Below, piece after piece: positions 39,564-48,696 of a stretch of DNA of 64,000 bases. The position numbers and the translations under genes are program-made. The notes under the pieces were generated by a model. The model was not told the DNA's origin. It saw only the letters and a list, made by a program, of their open reading frames with translations, and ran no database searches. Numbering within the stretch: position 1 is the stretch's first letter; each line of letters opens with the position of its first letter. Source of the DNA: an uncultured Solirubrobacterales bacterium (GTDB lineage Bacteria > Actinomycetota > Thermoleophilia > Solirubrobacterales > 70-9); assembly GCA_963795295.1 (NCBI GenBank), contig CAWCHE010000001.1:557389-621388 (forward strand), read 5' to 3'.

Positions 39564-39642
39564 AAGCGGAGGAGGCGGCGCTCTTATTCAGGATGCGACG
39601 GCGCCGGACGCGTAAGCGCGGGCACGAGGCTCCCGGTTATAT

Positions 39643-41061
39643 CTAGCGTGCCCGCGCTGTAGCGGAGGAGTCGCCGCTTGACTTCCTATCCACGCGTTCC
39701 TGGAAGTACGCCTGGATGTCCTCCAGGTGTTTGCCCTTCGTCTCCGGCACCAGCTTCCAGCAGAAGATCAGGGTGAGGATGCCGACGCATCCGTAGAACC
39801 AGAAGGCCCCGCTTTCCCCGAGCGCTTCGATCAGCAGCAGGAAGGTGAGCGAGACGATGAAGTTGAAGGTCCAGTTCGCCATCGTCCCCAGGCCGGCGGC
39901 CTTGCTGCGGACGCTGAGCGGGTAGATCTCCGCGTTGAGGAGCCAGAAGATCGGTCCGAGGCTGATCGCGAAGGAGGCCACGTAGGTCATCAGGCTGCCG
40001 ATCGCGACGACCGATCCCAGGGTGCTGCCGCCACCGGAGATCTTGAAGGCGGCGCCGAGGGCGAAGAGCGAGACGACCATGCCGCTGACGCCGATCATCA
40101 GCAGCGTGCGGCGCCCGGCGCGGTCGAGCAGGCGCAAGGCGAGGACCGTGAAGCCGACGTTGATGACGCCGACCCCGACGGCGGCGAGGATCGAGCCGGC
40201 CGAGGAGTCGACGCCGGTGTATTCGACGATCGTCGGCGCGTAGTAGATGACCGTGTTGATCCCGGTGACCTGCTGCAGGATCGCCAGCCCGATGCCGACC
40301 ACGAGCGCGGCTTTGACGACGGGTTGGAGCAGCTCGCTCCAGGCGCCCGGCTTGTCGTCGATGCTGTCTTTGATTTCCTCGATCTCGCGATCGATCGTGT
40401 CGGGGTCGTCGACGCGGATCTTGGCCAGGGTCGCCCGGGCGGCGAAGTCATCGCCGCTCATCACCAGCCAGCGCGGGCTCTGCGGCATCCGCCACATCCC
40501 GAAGGCGAGGGCCAGGGCCGGCACGCAGCCGAGCCCGAGCATCCAGCGCCAGGCTTCGCTGTGATCGAAGGCGAGGCCGACCAGGTAGGCGACGAGGATC
40601 CCGATCGTCACCGCGAGCTGGAAGAAGCTGACCAGCCGCCCGCGGCTCTCGGGCGGCGCCACCTCGGAGATGTAGACCGGGGCGGCCGCCGAGGCGAGCC
40701 CGATCGCGACGCCGATCACGATCCGCGCCGCGACCAGCACCTCGACCCCCGGCGCGGCGGCGCTTATCAGCGCCCCGACGATGAAGATCCCGGCGGCGGC
40801 GAGGATCATCAAACGCCGACCGTAGGTGTCGGCGGCGGGCCCGGCGAACGCGGCCCCCCCGACCGCCCCGATCGGGACCGCCGCGACGACCAGGCCCTGC
40901 GCGAAGCTGCCGAGGTCGAAGTCCCCCTTGATGAAGAGCAGCGCCCCGGCGATGACGCCGGTGTCGTAGCCGAACAGCAGCCCGCCGAGCCCGGCGATGG
41001 CCGCGGTCAGCACCACGTTGCGTCGCGCCCTCCTCCGAGACGCATCGAGCGGGTCGCTCAT
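39643..41061 (-). CDS. MFS sugar porter family transporter
   Basis: ATG at 41061 gives [37 protein letters not shown]... Also ADTYGRR, PESPRWL and PETKG signatures of sugar:H+ symporters. Confidence 0.9.
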   Translation of the reverse strand: MSDPLDASRRRARRNVVLTAAIAGLGGLLFGYDTGVIAGALLFIKGDFDLGSFAQGLVVAAVPIGAVGGAAFAGPAADTYGRRLMILAAAGIFIVGALISAAAPGVEVLVAARIVIGVAIGLASAAAPVYISEVAPPESRGRLVSFFQLAVTIGILVAYLVGLAFDHSEAWRWMLGLGCVPALALAFGMWRMPQSPRWLVMSGDDFAARATLAKIRVDDPDTIDREIEEIKDSIDDKPGAWSELLQPVVKAALVVGIGLAILQQVTGINTVIYYAPTIVEYTGVDSSAGSILAAVGVGVINVGFTVLALRLLDRAGRRTLLMIGVSGMVVSLFALGAAFKISGGGSTLGSVVAIGSLMTYVASFAISLGPIFWLLNAEIYPLSVRSKAAGLGTMANWTFNFIVSLTFLLLIEALGESGAFWFYGCVGILTLIFCWKLVPETKGKHLEDIQAYFQERVDRKSSGDSSATARAR

Positions 41062-41104
41062 CGCAGGCGACCGTATAGCCGGCACTCGGACGCCAAGAGC
41101 GACG

Positions 41105-41121
41105 CAAATTTCCGGAGTTTG
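41105..41121. promoter_or_regulatory. Imperfect 17-bp palindrome upstream of the sugar-porter gene (candidate operator)
   Basis: CAAATTTCCGGAGTTTG lies 44 nt upstream of the MFS ATG, in the most AT-rich part of a 420-bp intergenic region. It is flanked by CGACG/CGTCG. Confidence 0.3.
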
Positions 41122-41481
41122 CGGAATCGTCGTCGGCGCCCCCCTTGCGCTCCGCCGGGGGGCCGCGCTAAGTTCGCATTGCGACCGGGAGAGAGAGGCC
41201 CCACGGAAGCCAAGTGGGACACCATCTCGAAGGTGGCGCAACGAGCTTCGAGCGCGAAGGCTACGCGCAGGCAGGCTACGAGCGCCATCACCGGTCGCGT
41301 TTTTCGTTCTCCTCCTCCGCCGGGTCGATGTCCGACCCGGCCCCTAGCTTTCGCGGCGGCTGCGGAGCACCTGCCCTCCGCGCCGCGTGCCGGGACGCAC
41401 CCGGGAGCACGGCGTCGCATGCGAGACCCGGAGGTACGCCGCGACTAGCCCGCCCGCTCCCGCCTCTGAGAGGATGAGCCC

Positions 41482-42231
41482 GTGAGCGACGAGCTTCGCT
41501 ACGAGCGGGTCGGGGCGGCCGCGGTGCTGACGATCGAACGGCCCGATCGCCGCAACGCGGTCGACGCGGCCACGGCCGAGCTCTTCCGCCAGGGCCTGAG
41601 GGATTTCGAGGCCGATGATGAGGCGCGCGTCCTCGTCCTCACCGGAGCCGGCGGCGAGGCGTTCTGCGCCGGCGCCGACCTGAAGGCGATGAACCTCGAC
41701 GTCACGAACCCGGACGGGCCGATGGGGCCGACCCGCCTGACGCCGTCGAAGCCTGCGATCGCCGCCGTCGACGGCTGGTGCCTGGCGGGCGGGGTCGAGC
41801 TGGCGCTCTGGTGCGACATGCGGATCGCCACCGAGGGCTCGACCTTCGGCCTCTTCGAGCGCCGCTGGGGGGTGCCGCTGCTCGACGGCGGGACCCAGCG
41901 CCTGCCGCGCGTCGTCGGCATGGGCCGGGCGCTGGAGCTGATCCTCACCGGCCGTCCGGTCGAGGCCGAGGAGGCGCACCGGATCGGCCTCGTCAACGAG
42001 GTCGTCGCGCCCGGCGCGCACCTCGATCGAGCCCTGGAGCTGGCCGAGCGGATCGCCTCCTTCCCGCAGGAGACGATGCTCTCCGACCGCCGCGGCGCGA
42101 TCGAGGGCTTCGGCCTTCCCCTCGCCGAGGGCCTGGCGCTCGAGGCGAGCCTCGGCAACGAGGTGCTCGAGGTCGCCGTCCGCGGCGCCGCCCGCTTCGC
42201 CGGCGGCGAGGGCCGCCACGGGGCGTTCTGA
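41482..42231 (+). CDS. Enoyl-CoA hydratase/isomerase (crotonase) family protein
   Basis: 249 aa. LTIERPDRRNAVD, LTGAGGEAFCAGADLK and AAVDGWCLAGGVELALWCD, the oxyanion-hole motifs. Confidence 0.9.
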   Translation: MSDELRYERVGAAAVLTIERPDRRNAVDAATAELFRQGLRDFEADDEARVLVLTGAGGEAFCAGADLKAMNLDVTNPDGPMGPTRLTPSKPAIAAVDGWCLAGGVELALWCDMRIATEGSTFGLFERRWGVPLLDGGTQRLPRVVGMGRALELILTGRPVEAEEAHRIGLVNEVVAPGAHLDRALELAERIASFPQETMLSDRRGAIEGFGLPLAEGLALEASLGNEVLEVAVRGAARFAGGEGRHGAF

Positions 42232-42253
42232 GACGCCGCCTAGACTTGCGCCG

Positions 42254-43507
42254 ATGACCCCCCGGATTGGGATAGTCGGCCTCGGTTACGTCGGCCTGCC
42301 ACTGGCGGTCGCCTTCGCCGAGGCCGGGCAGGACGTGGTCGGCCTCGACTCCGACCCCGCCAAGGTCGAGGCGCTGAACGCCGGCCGCAGCTACGTCGAG
42401 GACGTCCCCGACTCGGTGCTGGCGCCGTTGTCCGACCGCCTCCACGGCACCTCCGACCACGGCGAGCTCTCCGCCTGCGACGCGGTGGTGATCTGCGTGC
42501 CGACGCCGCTGACCAGCTCCCGCGAACCCGACCTCACCTACCTGCGGGCGGCCGGCACCGCGCTCGCCGAGGTCCTGCGCGCCGGCCAGCTGGTCGTGCT
42601 CGAGTCGACCACCTACCCCGGCACGACCCGCGACGAGCTCGCCCCGCTCCTCGAGCGCCCGGGCCTCGCCGCCGGCAGCGACTTCCACCTCGCCTTCTCG
42701 CCGGAGCGGATCGACCCCGGGCGGACCGACTTCACGATCCGCACCACCCCGAAGCTCGTCGGCGGCCTGACCGAGGCCTGCACCGCCGCCGCCCGCGAGC
42801 TCTACGAGCTGATCTGCGACGAGGTGGTCGTCCTCTCCACCCTCGAGGCGGCCGAGCTGGCGAAGCTGCTGGAGAACATCTTCCGCTCGGTCAACATCGC
42901 CTTCGTCAACGAGCTCGCCCAGCTCTGCGACCGCCTCGGGATCGACGTCTGGGAGGCGATCGACGCCGCCTCGACCAAGCCCTTCGGGTTCATGCGCTTC
43001 GACCCGGGGCCGGGGATGGGCGGCCACTGCCTCCCGGTCGACCCCTTCTACCTGGCCTTCAAGGCCCGCGAGCACGACTTCTATCCCGAGTTCATCGAGC
43101 TGGCCGGGAAGGTGAACCAGGCCCAGCCGTCCTACTGCGCGGAGCGGATCGAGCGGGCCCTGAACGCCGCCGGCAAGCCGGTCCACGGCTCGAAGATCCT
43201 GATCCTCGGGGTCAGCTACAAGGGCGGCGTCGGCGACACCCGGGAGTCGCCGGCGCTGAAGATCGTCAAGCGGCTTCGCGAGCTCGGCGGCGAGGTCTCC
43301 TACCACGACCCCCACGTCCCCGAGCTGCCGGAGCTGGATCTCTCCTCGGTCGAGCTCGAGGCCGGCCTGCGCGAGGCCGACGCGGCGGCGATCGTCACCG
43401 CCCACCCCGAGTTCGAGTACGAGCAGATCGTCGCGTCGTCGCCGCTGGTGATCGATTTCCGCGGCGTCACCCGCGGCATCGACGCCGCCAACCTGGTCCA
43501 GCTCTAG
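42254..43507 (+). CDS. Nucleotide-sugar dehydrogenase (UDP-glucose/GDP-mannose dehydrogenase family)
   Basis: 417 aa. IGIVGLGYVGLPLAVAF, the catalytic region GGHCLPVDP, and the C-terminal UDP-binding domain GVSYKGGVGDTRESPA. Confidence 0.9.
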   Translation: MTPRIGIVGLGYVGLPLAVAFAEAGQDVVGLDSDPAKVEALNAGRSYVEDVPDSVLAPLSDRLHGTSDHGELSACDAVVICVPTPLTSSREPDLTYLRAAGTALAEVLRAGQLVVLESTTYPGTTRDELAPLLERPGLAAGSDFHLAFSPERIDPGRTDFTIRTTPKLVGGLTEACTAAARELYELICDEVVVLSTLEAAELAKLLENIFRSVNIAFVNELAQLCDRLGIDVWEAIDAASTKPFGFMRFDPGPGMGGHCLPVDPFYLAFKAREHDFYPEFIELAGKVNQAQPSYCAERIERALNAAGKPVHGSKILILGVSYKGGVGDTRESPALKIVKRLRELGGEVSYHDPHVPELPELDLSSVELEAGLREADAAAIVTAHPEFEYEQIVASSPLVIDFRGVTRGIDAANLVQL

Positions 43508-43567
43508 CCGCGGTTCCGTCCCCCGTCGGGCGTCTTTCGTGCGAAATTTCCTGAGACAATAAGTTTC

Positions 43568-43843
43568 ATGTTCGGCCGCGAAAGCCTCAGGGAGTTCATC
43601 CGCAGGGAACAGGAGAAGACCTGTGATCTGATCCGCAGGGAGCAGGAGAAGACCCGCGAGTTCGAGCGCGAGATCCTGCTCCGCAACGAGAAGGTCTACA
43701 CCTCGGTGATCGCGGAGATGGAGAAGAACGGGAAGCAGATCGAAGAGAGCACGGCACGGATGAGAGCCGGCACGGAACAGCTCAGGGCGAACACGAAGGC
43801 GGTGCTCAGCGTCCTCGACCGGCTCGACGCCACCGGCGCCTGA
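43568..43843 (+). CDS. Small charged coiled-coil protein of unknown function
   Basis: 91 aa with high GC3 codon bias in this frame and no recognisable family. Contains an internal 11-codon duplication (IRREQEKT x2). Confidence 0.45.
   Translation: MFGRESLREFIRREQEKTCDLIRREQEKTREFEREILLRNEKVYTSVIAEMEKNGKQIEESTARMRAGTEQLRANTKAVLSVLDRLDATGA
43598..43654 (+). repeat. Tandem 33-nt duplication inside the small ORF
   Basis: ATCCGCAGGGAACAGGAGAAGACC (43598-43621) and ATCCGCAGGGAGCAGGAGAAGACC (43631-43654) match at 23/24 positions with period 33. Confidence 0.85.
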
Positions 43844-43859
43844 GCCGCCGCTTGCAGAT

Positions 43860-43898
43860 TTGACAAAGGCCCTTTCGAATACGAACATGTGTTCGTAT
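43860..43898 (+). promoter_or_regulatory. SOS promoter: TTGACA -35, candidate -10, and a perfect 20-bp LexA-box palindrome overlapping the imuB-like start codon
   Basis: TTGACA sits at 43860-43865 and GAACAT at 43883-43888 (17-nt spacer). ATACGAACATGTGTTCGTAT (43879-43898) contains the Gram-positive/actinobacterial SOS core GAAC-N4-GTTC. The ATG is at 43897. Confidence 0.75.
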
Positions 43899-44919
43899 GG
43901 AGATAGCCTCTGTCATGGTGGGGGAGCCCGCCCTCCGCGCCGCTGCCGAGCAGCGGAAGCTTCCCCCTGAGGACCTCTGGGAGGGGGAGCTGCGGCGCCT
44001 CGAGGGGATCGGCGCGGCGCTCGAGTCCGAGCGGGCGGGGGAGGCGTTCTTTGCGGTCGACGGCCTCCGCGGGATCCACGGCGGCAGCTCCGGGGTGCTG
44101 GAGGCGGCGCGCCGGGCGCTGGCGCTGCCGGCCAGGGTCGGCGCGGCTCCCAGCCGCTTCGCCGCCCACGTCGCGGCGCAGGAGGAGCGGGTCGTCCCGG
44201 CGGCCGGCCTGCGGGAGTTCCTCTCGCCGCTCCCGGTCTCGGCGCTGGCGCCGCGCCTCGGCCTCGGCGAGCGTGAGGCGGCGGCGCTGATCGAGACCCT
44301 GAAGCGGCTCGGGGTCGGCACCCTGGGGGCGCTCGGCGCTCTCGCCCCCGGCCAGGTCGCCGACCGCTTCGGCCCCACCGGCCTCGCCGCCCGGCGGCTC
44401 GCGCTCGGCGAGGAGCCCCCGCTTCGCACCCGCCGTCCCCAGGTCGAGCTGACGGCGGAGATCGAGCTGCCGGAAGGGACCGAGGGCAGCAGGCTCGAGC
44501 GCGCCCTGGAGCTGCTCGTCGACCGTTTCCTCGCCGCCCCCCAGCGGCGCGGCCGCACGATCCTCGCCCTCCGCCTCGGCGCCCTCCTCGGCGCCGGCGG
44601 CAGCTGGAGCGTCGAGCAGGGGATGGGCCGCCCGACGGCCTCGGCGCGGGTCCTGCGCACGTTGCTGGCGCCGCGGCTCGAGGACCTGCCGGCGCCCGCG
44701 GTGAGCCTCCGCCTGCGGGCCGTCGCGCTCGGCCCGGCGGTGGGGGACCAGCTCGAGATCTCGGTCCGGGGGCAGGAGCACCGCCGCCATCGCCTTGCCG
44801 CCGCGGTGCGGGAGGTCCGCGCCGCGCAGGGGGCGGAGGCGCTCCTCAAGGTCCTCCAGGTCGACCCCGCCTCCCGGGTCCCGGAGCGCCGGGCGACGCT
44901 GACCCCCTACCGGCCGTGA
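43897..44919 (+). CDS. imuB: ImuB-like Y-family DNA polymerase homologue (short N-terminus)
   Basis: 340 aa. Contains GEAFFAVDGLRGIHGG...RVGAAPSRFAAHVAA...LPVSAL...L.RLGVGTLGALGAL (Y-family palm/thumb/HhH pattern). It lies directly upstream of, and coupled to, DUF6504 and dnaE2. Confidence 0.75.
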   Translation: MEIASVMVGEPALRAAAEQRKLPPEDLWEGELRRLEGIGAALESERAGEAFFAVDGLRGIHGGSSGVLEAARRALALPARVGAAPSRFAAHVAAQEERVVPAAGLREFLSPLPVSALAPRLGLGEREAAALIETLKRLGVGTLGALGALAPGQVADRFGPTGLAARRLALGEEPPLRTRRPQVELTAEIELPEGTEGSRLERALELLVDRFLAAPQRRGRTILALRLGALLGAGGSWSVEQGMGRPTASARVLRTLLAPRLEDLPAPAVSLRLRAVALGPAVGDQLEISVRGQEHRRHRLAAAVREVRAAQGAEALLKVLQVDPASRVPERRATLTPYRP

Positions 44920-45188
44920 GCGCCGGCCGCGGGCGCGCGGGGCGCCCCAGCTCGCGGCGCCTGTACCTGCCGCAGCGGGTCGAGGTCGGCACCGGCGGCG
45001 ACGGCGTCCCCCGCGAGCTCGCCGGGGTCGGGGTCGAGGCGGTTCGCGAGGAGTGGCGGGTCGAGGACCGCTGGTGGACCCCGCGGCCGCTGCACCGCCG
45101 CTACTTCGAGCTGGTCCTCGCCGACGGCCGCGACGCGGTCGTCTTCCGCAGCGGCATCAGCGGGCGCTGGTATCGGCAGCGGGCCTGA
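44916..45188 (+). CDS. DUF6504-like small protein associated with imuB/dnaE2
   Basis: 90 aa. GTGA overlap with the imuB stop and ATGA overlap with the dnaE2 start. The conserved-looking core is EEWRVEDRWWTPRPLHRRYFELVLADGRDAVVF. Family assignment is from memory and tentative. Confidence 0.55.
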   Translation: MSAGRGRAGRPSSRRLYLPQRVEVGTGGDGVPRELAGVGVEAVREEWRVEDRWWTPRPLHRRYFELVLADGRDAVVFRSGISGRWYRQRA

Positions 45189-48100
45189 TGAGCGTGGAAC
45201 GGTCCGGGCCGGCCGGGACCCCATACGTCGAGCTCCACGCCCACTCGGCCTTCTCCTTCCTCGACGGCGCCTCGACCCCGGCGGAGCTGGCCGCCGCCGC
45301 CGCCCGCTACGGCTATCCCGCCTTCGCCCTCACCGACCACGACGGGATCTGGGGGTCGATGGAGTTCGCGCTCGCCGCCGCCGGCCTCGGCGTCCGCCCG
45401 CTGACGGGCGCCGAGCTGACCCTCGAGGGCGGCGCCCACCTGACCCTGCTGGTCGAGGACCAGGGGGGCTACCGCAACCTCTGCCGCCTGTTGACGGCCG
45501 CCCACTCCCACACCCGCGACGGCCCCCAGCGCTCGGCGGGCGCTCCCTCGGTGAGGCTGGAGCAGGTGGAGGAGCACGCCGAGGGGCTGGTCTGCCTCTC
45601 GGGCTGCGCCCGCGACGGGCTGCTGGCGGGAGCCTGGGAGCGCGGCGAGCGCCCCGGCGCCGCGGGCCTTGGCCGACGCCTGCTGGAGGCGTTCGGCCGC
45701 GACGGCTTCCGGGTCGAGCTGCAGCGCCCCTACTGGCGCCGCGACGGGGCCCGCAACCGCTGGCTCGCCGCCCTCGCCGAACGCCTCGGCGTCCCCACCG
45801 TGGCGACCGGCAACGTCCACTCGCACGACCCGCGCCGGGTCCGGCTCCAGGACGCCTTCGTCGCGGTGCGGCTGGGGACGACCCTGGAGGCGTCGGAGCC
45901 CCAGCGCCGCGGCGGCTCGACCTCGACCATGACCTCGCCGCGGCGGATGGCGGCGCGCTTCGCCGAGCACCCCGAGGCGGTCGCCGAGACCCTGCGGCTC
46001 GCCGACAGGCTCCGCTTCGACCTGACGCGGGAGCTCGGCTATCGCTACCCCGGCTCGGAGGACCCCGGCGCCGACCGCGCCCTCGCCGAGGCCTGCCGGG
46101 CGCGGCTGGAGGTCAAATACGGCGACCCGCCCCACAGGGCCTACCGCGCCAGGGCCGAGGCGCAGCTGGAGAGGGAGCTGGGGACGATCCGCAGGCTCGG
46201 CCTCTCCGGCTTCTTCCTCCTCCACCGCGACATCCTCGAGCTGGCCCGCGAGGTCGCCCTCGAGGTGCGCGGCCCCGAGTCGGCCCGCTCGGTCCTGCCG
46301 CCGGGCCGCGGCCGCGGCTCCAGCGTCAGCTCGATCGTCTGTTACCTGACCGGCCTCTCCCACATCGACCCGGTTCAGAAAGGCCTCTTCTCCGGCCGCT
46401 TCCTCAACGACGAGGTCGACGGGGAGACGGGGCAGACGATGCCCGACATCGACCTCGACTTCCCCCGCGACATCCGCGAGGTCCTGATCCGCCGCGTGCA
46501 CGAGGTCTACGGCGGCGACCGCGCCGCCCTGGTCGCCGCCTTCCCGACCTACCGCCCGCGCGGGGTGGTGCGCGACATCGGCAAGGCCCTGGCGCTGCCG
46601 GCCGGGGAGATCGAGCGGGTGGCGAAGATGCTCGGCTTCCACGAGCGGACCGGGGAGATCGAGCGCGACGTGGCCGCCGCGATCGGGCCCCGCCGCGCCG
46701 CCGCGCCGGGCTGGCGCGCGCTTCTGCAGCTGTGCGGGGAGGCGATGGGCCTGCCCCGCCACGCCTCCCAGCACCCGGGGGGGATGGTGATCTCGACCCG
46801 GCCGTTGATCGACGTCTGCCCGGTCGTGCCGGCGGCGATGGAGGGGCGCCAGATCGTCCAGTGGGACAAGGACTCCTGCGCGGACGCGGGCTTCCTCAAG
46901 ATCGACCTGCTGGGCCTCGGGATGCTCTCCGCGGTCGAGCGCTGCGTCGACGAAGTGGGGAGGACGCGCGATGAGCGCCTGGACCTCTCGCGGATCGACT
47001 TCGAGGACGAGCAGACCTTCGAATCGATCCAGAGGGCGGAGACGACCGGGGTCTTCCAGATCGAGAGCCGGGCCCAGATGCAGATGCTGCCGCGGACCCT
47101 TCCCCGCAACCTCGACGACCTCACCGTGCAGGTGGCCCTTGTCCGGCCGGGGCCGATCCAGGGAGGCGCCATCCACCCCTATATAGAGCGCCGCAGGCTG
47201 CAGCGCGAGGACACCGGGTTCGAGATCCCCTACGAGCACCCCCTGCTGGAGGGGCCGTTGAAGGAGACGCTGGGCACGATCGTCTACCAGGAGCAGGTGC
47301 TCGAAGTCGCGAAGGCGCTGGCCGGCTTCTCCTCGGGGCAGGCGGAGGCGCTGCGCCGGGCGATGAGCCGCAAGCGCTCCGAGGAGGCGATTGCGCGCCT
47401 CCATGGCCGCTTCATCGAGGGAGCCGCCGAAAACGGCGTCGGGGAGGCGATCGCGCAGCGGGTCTGGGAGCAGATCCGCGGCTTCTCGGGCTTCGGCTTC
47501 CCGAAGGCGCACTCGGCCGCCTTCGGCCTGCTCGCCTACCAATCGGCCTGGCTGCGGGCCCATCGCGCCCCCGAGTTCCTCTGCGCGCTGCTCAACGAGC
47601 AGCCGATGGGCTTCTACCCACCCGACTCCCTGGTCCACGAGGCGCAGCGGCGCGGGGTCAGGGTGATCGGCCCCGACGCCAACCGCAGCCACGTCCTCTG
47701 CCGGGTCGAGCGGGAGCGGGGCGGCCTGGTGGTGCGGGTCGGGCTCGGCTACGTCAAGGGCGTGCGCGAGGAGGAGATGGAGAGCCTCGCCGCCGCCCGC
47801 GAGCGCGGCGGCCCGTACCTGGGGGTCGCCGATCTCGCCGCCCGCTCCGGGGCCGGGCGCGACGGCCTCGAGCGCCTGGCCTGGGCCGGAGCGCTCGACG
47901 AGATTCCCGCCGACGGCGCCGGGGGCCGCCGGGCGGCTCTCTGGCAGGTGGGGGTGGCGCCGAGCGCCCGCGGCGTCGGCGAGGGAACGCAGCTGGCGCT
48001 GCCGCTCGAGCCCGGCGAGCCGCCGCCGCTCGAGCCGCTCGGCAGCTGGGAGACGACGATCGCCGACTACCGCTCGACCGGGATCTCACTGGGCGAGCAC

Positions 48101-48550
48101 CCGCTGGCGCTGCTGCGCGACGGGCTCGGGGCGGAGGTGCTGCGCAGCAGCGACCTCGGGCGCGCCGCCGACGGGGGCGAGGTCGAGGTGGCGGGGATGG
48201 TGGTCGCCCGTCAGCGCCCCGAGACCGCGAAGGGGATCGTCTTCATGCTGCTCGAAGACGAGCGCGGGACGGTCAACCTGATCGTGCCGCCGCAGGTCTA
48301 CGACCGCCACCGGGCGGAGGTCCGCGCCGCGCCCCTTCTCCGCGCCCGCGGCCGGCTCGAGCGCCGCGAAGGCGCGATCAACGTCCTCGTCGCCGAGATC
48401 CACGAGCTCTCGCTGGCGCCCGGGGCCCGAACCAAGCCGCCTGAGAGCGCGCCGGGGGAGGGGAAGAGGCGCGCCCTGCGAGAGCGCGCCGTCGCCGAGC
48501 TGCGGGCGGTCGCGCCCGCCGGCCACAGCTTCGGCCGGCGCGGTAGGTGA
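45188..48550 (+). CDS. dnaE2: Error-prone DNA polymerase III alpha subunit DnaE2
   Basis: ATG at 45188 gives MSVERSGPAGTPYVELHAHSAFSFLDGAS (PHP domain). Also GFFLLHRDI, PDIDLDF and GVFQIESRAQM. About 1120 aa, typical of DnaE2/ImuC, downstream of imuB. Confidence 0.93.
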   Translation: MSVERSGPAGTPYVELHAHSAFSFLDGASTPAELAAAAARYGYPAFALTDHDGIWGSMEFALAAAGLGVRPLTGAELTLEGGAHLTLLVEDQGGYRNLCRLLTAAHSHTRDGPQRSAGAPSVRLEQVEEHAEGLVCLSGCARDGLLAGAWERGERPGAAGLGRRLLEAFGRDGFRVELQRPYWRRDGARNRWLAALAERLGVPTVATGNVHSHDPRRVRLQDAFVAVRLGTTLEASEPQRRGGSTSTMTSPRRMAARFAEHPEAVAETLRLADRLRFDLTRELGYRYPGSEDPGADRALAEACRARLEVKYGDPPHRAYRARAEAQLERELGTIRRLGLSGFFLLHRDILELAREVALEVRGPESARSVLPPGRGRGSSVSSIVCYLTGLSHIDPVQKGLFSGRFLNDEVDGETGQTMPDIDLDFPRDIREVLIRRVHEVYGGDRAALVAAFPTYRPRGVVRDIGKALALPAGEIERVAKMLGFHERTGEIERDVAAAIGPRRAAAPGWRALLQLCGEAMGLPRHASQHPGGMVISTRPLIDVCPVVPAAMEGRQIVQWDKDSCADAGFLKIDLLGLGMLSAVERCVDEVGRTRDERLDLSRIDFEDEQTFESIQRAETTGVFQIESRAQMQMLPRTLPRNLDDLTVQVALVRPGPIQGGAIHPYIERRRLQREDTGFEIPYEHPLLEGPLKETLGTIVYQEQVLEVAKALAGFSSGQAEALRRAMSRKRSEEAIARLHGRFIEGAAENGVGEAIAQRVWEQIRGFSGFGFPKAHSAAFGLLAYQSAWLRAHRAPEFLCALLNEQPMGFYPPDSLVHEAQRRGVRVIGPDANRSHVLCRVERERGGLVVRVGLGYVKGVREEEMESLAAARERGGPYLGVADLAARSGAGRDGLERLAWAGALDEIPADGAGGRRAALWQVGVAPSARGVGEGTQLALPLEPGEPPPLEPLGSWETTIADYRSTGISLGEHPLALLRDGLGAEVLRSSDLGRAADGGEVEVAGMVVARQRPETAKGIVFMLLEDERGTVNLIVPPQVYDRHRAEVRAAPLLRARGRLERREGAINVLVAEIHELSLAPGARTKPPESAPGEGKRRALRERAVAELRAVAPAGHSFGRRGR

Positions 48551-48696
48551 GCCAAATTCTTATCTATTCAGGCGACGCACTTTTTTAGAAGATCACCGCT
48601 AGACTGCCAGCCTTGCATGGGGAGCCGAACCTTTGAGGGATCTCAGGGGTTTCATCTGCTGAGGCTCGCAACCGGAGAGCGGAGGAGAAAGCAAGA

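Noticed and set aside
39522-39642. SAM-type riboswitch upstream of metF.
   Set aside because: The minus-strand leader consists of two simple GC hairpins that look like the terminator of the upstream MFS gene. None of the SAM-I or SAM-IV conserved cores is present.
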